Shown here in pieces: positions 60,801-64,000 of a stretch of 64,000 bases of DNA (position 1 is its first letter; each line of letters starts with the position of its first letter). The translations under genes were made by a program, and so were the position numbers. A model generated the notes under the pieces. It worked only from the letters and a program-made list of their open reading frames with translations. It was not told the origin of the DNA and did not search any database. The stretch spans positions 2,673,404-2,737,403 of the forward strand of contig CAJFCJ010000007.1 of the NCBI GenBank assembly GCA_904063045.1, read 5' to 3'. This DNA is from Dimorphilus gyrociliatus (Eukaryota > Animalia > Annelida).

Positions 60801-61927
60801 AAGAAATTGTCAGAGATCCAAGAGTTCGACAACAATCAACAACAGACGGTAAATATACAGCCATAGTTGGAACGGGACTAAGTATATTAGCCAATTGCGC
60901 TCAATATCAGTCAAACCGTAATGCTTTGGTAGGAATGCGCATGATAGATGATTTATTACTTTACGTACAATTGGATGGGCATCTTGATACTCTCAGGGTT
61001 CCGGCTATGATGACAATTTCCTTTCTAGTAAATGAGGATAATGCACATGTTTTAAGAACAACTTCGCGTGACCGACTTTTACGCTATATGTTGGAACAAC
61101 TGGAGCAATGCGCCCTAAATGATGTATCGAATGGTTATAAACCTTCTGAATTGCTATGTGGCTTGAGACGATTGGCGTTGAATGAGACAAATGCAGCTGC
61201 ATTAGTTTATGAAGACACACTTCCTTTATTGGCAACTCTTATTGAACATTTTTCAACAAAATCGCTAAATCAAACGGAGAGTCTTGAACATTCTCTTTAC
61301 TTGCTGTGGACTCTGCTGTTTATTGACGATAATAAGAAAGCTGTAAGAGATGATACAATGCTTATTGCTCAACTCGAGGAATTGGCTAAGCAAGAATATG
61401 CTGATATAAATATCAGACAAATTGCCCAAGGCGTCCTTTTTGAAGTTGATATTACAGGCTCAAGGTCATTACCTGTTTTAAATAGACAATTATCAATGAA
61501 AGATAGTTATTCCACGCCAAAAACATATATCTCCTTTGATAATAGAGATATTTCGGTTGCCCAATGCGTCAGCTATTACCTACGCGGAAGAAATGTTGAC
61601 GTCGTTACCACTCGCGAAATACTTCAGAGTGCAGTAAATCCTTATTCAACATTGTCAAGAATTGTTAAATCTGTTCCAGTAATTATTGTTATCATGTCAA
61701 GGCATTACATTCAAAGTTCCCATTCAAGAACCGAAGCCCAACTAGCCGCTGCATGGAGAAAAAAAATATTACCCGTCAAGGGTAGAAGATTGAAAATTGG
61801 CGGATGGTTAGCAAGACTAACAGTTGGCTTACATACAATCGATTTGTCAAAAAGAGTTCCAGATCACTGTAGACAAAAATCTCTGGAGGAGATATATGAA
61901 TCGGTAGTTAACGAAATTAACCCATAA
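57809..61927 (+). CDS. ARM/HEAT-repeat protein with C-terminal TIR (TIR_2-like) domain, 1,318 aa, 3 exons
   Basis: Exons 57809-58410, 58480-58513, 58607-61927 are phase-consistent. N-terminus MGNENS. Repeated helical ARM-like units, then TYISF...YYLRGRNVDV..VIIVIMSRHYIQSSHSRTEAQLA..KKILPV..GGWLARL, typical of invertebrate ARM-TIR proteins. Confidence 0.8.
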
Positions 61928-62692
61928 GAAAAGAAATACATTATCAAAAAAAAATGAATCATTTTCAATAGAAAATGATATTTTATTTATTTTCCCATTC
62001 AACTAAAATTAATAAGAGAAACGAAAGGAGGAATAGACAAAAAGAATGATAGAAAATTATTAAGATTTAAAAGCGAAAGCATATGTGTGTGTGAGTGAGT
62101 GTATTTTTTTTTTTAAAAAAACAAATGTGACTTTTTTTTATTTGTATTTACACATAAATTTATATATATTTTTATCTCGAATTTATTCATTTATTTATAT
62201 TATAGTATACGTGTATGTGTATTTTATCTACTTTTATTTGGCCATAAATATATATTATATTGAATGGATTAAACTAGAATACTGCTTACTGTACATAGAT
62301 AAATTGAAAATGGATTATTATTCTTTCGTGCTTTTTGAGGAAGATAAAATAATTAAGTAAGAATTTTATGTAGGTTTTTTAGTTCGATGTTTATTCAAGC
62401 AAGAAAATGCATAGGGTGAGAAGTTTTCAAAAGAGACACAAAGAAAAGAGAGAAAGAGGTATTAAGAAACAAAAATAGAACTATGACTAATAATGAAATA
62501 GGCAGAGGTTGCTGAAAAAAAAAATGTTTTCTCTTTTGCATAATGACTCATTATTTCTCTTCTTTTTTTTTGCAGTATATTTGCATAATTATATTAATTA
62601 ATTACAAAGTCCTTTTTTGTAACCAGTACATATTATTTTATCTATTTTTTTCTCTTTATTTTCCAGATTAAAAGTGCAATCAATTCTCTCTT

Positions 62693-62694
<2 letters not shown>

Positions 62695-62726
<32 letters not shown>
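62695..62726. repeat. (CT)16 microsatellite between convergent 3' ends
   Basis: 32-nt CT run read directly. Confidence 0.9.
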
Positions 62727-62728
<2 letters not shown>

Positions 62729-62927
62729 TTTCAACAGAGTTTTTTTTTCTGTGTCTCATCCCCTTTAAAATAGACGAATTAAAAAAAGTTTTTAGACGTT
62801 CATACGCCCAAGTCTATATAGGCAGAAAAAGAGAATAGAAAACAAGACTATTCCTTCTCTAAGCTTAATCAATACTGTTACGGCTGCATGCAAAAAATTG
62901 AAATTTCATTGGAACGCTATGATGCTA

Positions 62928-64000
62928 TTAAATATCTGTTGTTTCGTCAACTTTCTTTATCCAAGGCCATTTTTTTTCTTTATAGATTTTAACTAAAAGG
63001 CGTGTAATGACGGCTGCTGCTGGTATTAGGGCACCGGCAAACATGTATATGACAGGAGCAACTCCGGCAAGGTCAGACTCTGGCGAATCGTATGTCAGCT
63101 GAATCATTAGAAGAGATAGTGCCATATTTTGAAAACCAGTTTCTAGACCAATAGTGATTGCTTTATCTCTACCTTGTCTGAATATAAACCCAGCCGAAGT
63201 TCCCAATATATAACCGATACTTGAGAGCAATATAACTCCTAAGTATTCTCTCCAAGTGGCAACTTGGAGAGCGTAGTAGTATACATAGATGCCAAATGAT
63301 AAAAATACTAAGCCAATAATAACAATGAACGGCTTCAAATATTTTTCGATGACATTGGAAATCTTGACTGCAAAATTTGTCAGAACAACTCCTATTAAAA
63401 CTGGAACAATTACAGCTGCTAAAGAAGTAAAGACATTAACAACTGGAATCTCAATTTTAGCTCCATCGTCTATAATAAATCTACTAAGTGCCCACAACCA
63501 AAATGGAGTTGTTCCGAGAGCGGTAAAAGTCGATATGGTTGTCATAATAATACTTAATTCTAGGCTTGCATCCAGTAAAACCGCAAACACATTACTTCCT
63601 GCTCCACCGGGCGAACAGCCAATACTAACTAAACCAATTGATGGATAAGAGGACATTTTTAACATTCTGGTCAAGAGAAGAGAAACTGGTGCCATTATTA
63701 AAAATTGACATAAAAATCCAATTATTGGCGCAACTGGTTTCTTTAAAATTTCTTTGATTTCTTTCCATTTAAGTTTACAACCAAAGCCAATATTATTAAA
63801 AACTATTAAAATTCCCAAGGTTATCTGAAAAGCCAACTCTAATTTTTTTGCATTTGGTCGTTTAACCTTAACTTTTATTGGTGGACCAACTTCACAATTT
63901 GAATTCTCACCAGATGGCAATAATCTAATTTTAGTTATTCCAAGTCTTTCTGCATTTATCTTAATATTTATCCTTTGGAATCCATTTTCTATTAGGATAA
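62928..64000 (-). CDS. SLC10A: SLC10 sodium/bile-acid symporter family (SLC10A3/A5-like long N-terminus); partial, 5' end outside the window
   Basis: KKPVAPIIGFLCQFLIMAP, GCSPGGAGSN, LSIIMTTIST, TIGLETGFQN. The frame stays open from the ORF-track start (63920) to the window edge. Confidence 0.9.
   Translation of the reverse strand, partial: ILIENGFQRINIKINAERLGITKIRLLPSGENSNCEVGPPIKVKVKRPNAKKLELAFQITLGILIVFNNIGFGCKLKWKEIKEILKKPVAPIIGFLCQFLIMAPVSLLLTRMLKMSSYPSIGLVSIGCSPGGAGSNVFAVLLDASLELSIIMTTISTFTALGTTPFWLWALSRFIIDDGAKIEIPVVNVFTSLAAVIVPVLIGVVLTNFAVKISNVIEKYLKPFIVIIGLVFLSFGIYVYYYALQVATWREYLGVILLSSIGYILGTSAGFIFRQGRDKAITIGLETGFQNMALSLLMIQLTYDSPESDLAGVAPVIYMFAGALIPAAAVITRLLVKIYKEKKWPWIKKVDETTDI

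Noticed and set aside
57809-61927. Calling the ARM-TIR gene SARM1
   Set aside because: There are no SAM domains between ARM and TIR, and the TIR sequence fits the invertebrate TIR_2 ARM-TIR type rather than SARM1.
1-64000. Prokaryotic features (operons, CRISPR arrays), rRNA/tRNA genes, transposase or reverse-transcriptase ORFs
   Set aside because: The DNA is clearly spliceosomal-intron-containing animal sequence. By eye I found no repeat-spacer array, cloverleaf, rRNA signature, terminal inverted repeat or mobile-element ORF; small non-autonomous elements or snoRNAs could be missed without a search.

Overview
AT-rich, gene-dense animal genomic DNA with short, mostly 55-130 nt spliceosomal introns. 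The style suggests a compact-genome invertebrate with motile cilia, possibly a lophotrochozoan (inference only). I found no rRNA, tRNA, CRISPR array or transposase. Manual splicing supports about 17 protein-coding genes in this order: beta-lactamase-family serine hydrolase (-, runs off the left edge), LDLa+Ly6/uPAR GPI-type protein (-), peroxisomal ACOT8 (-), myosin-I (+), urea-transporter-family channel (+), small tail-anchored orphan (-), DNAH5/8-type outer-arm dynein heavy chain (-), divergent actin (+), RAD51C (+), NDRG (-), GOT2 (+), tandem TMEM145/GPR180-N-domain protein (+), Cys-rich orphan (-), MCFD2 (-), signal-peptide SRPBCC-like protein (+), PX-only protein (-), ARM-repeat/TIR protein (+) and an SLC10 transporter (-, runs off the right edge). 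The most striking structure is the dynein locus. A ~4,660-aa chain is encoded by only 8 exons, yet it keeps a pair of duplicated, homologous phase-2/2 exons (probably mutually exclusive) after AAA3, has several candidate alternative first exons, and shares a promoter head-to-head with a divergent actin. Other highlights are a putatively myristoylated ARM-TIR protein retaining the TIR catalytic Glu, a urea-transporter homologue with a rewritten selectivity filter, and recurrent CTCF-like motifs near gene boundaries. All family calls are from motif recognition and recalled homologue sequences; no database search was run.
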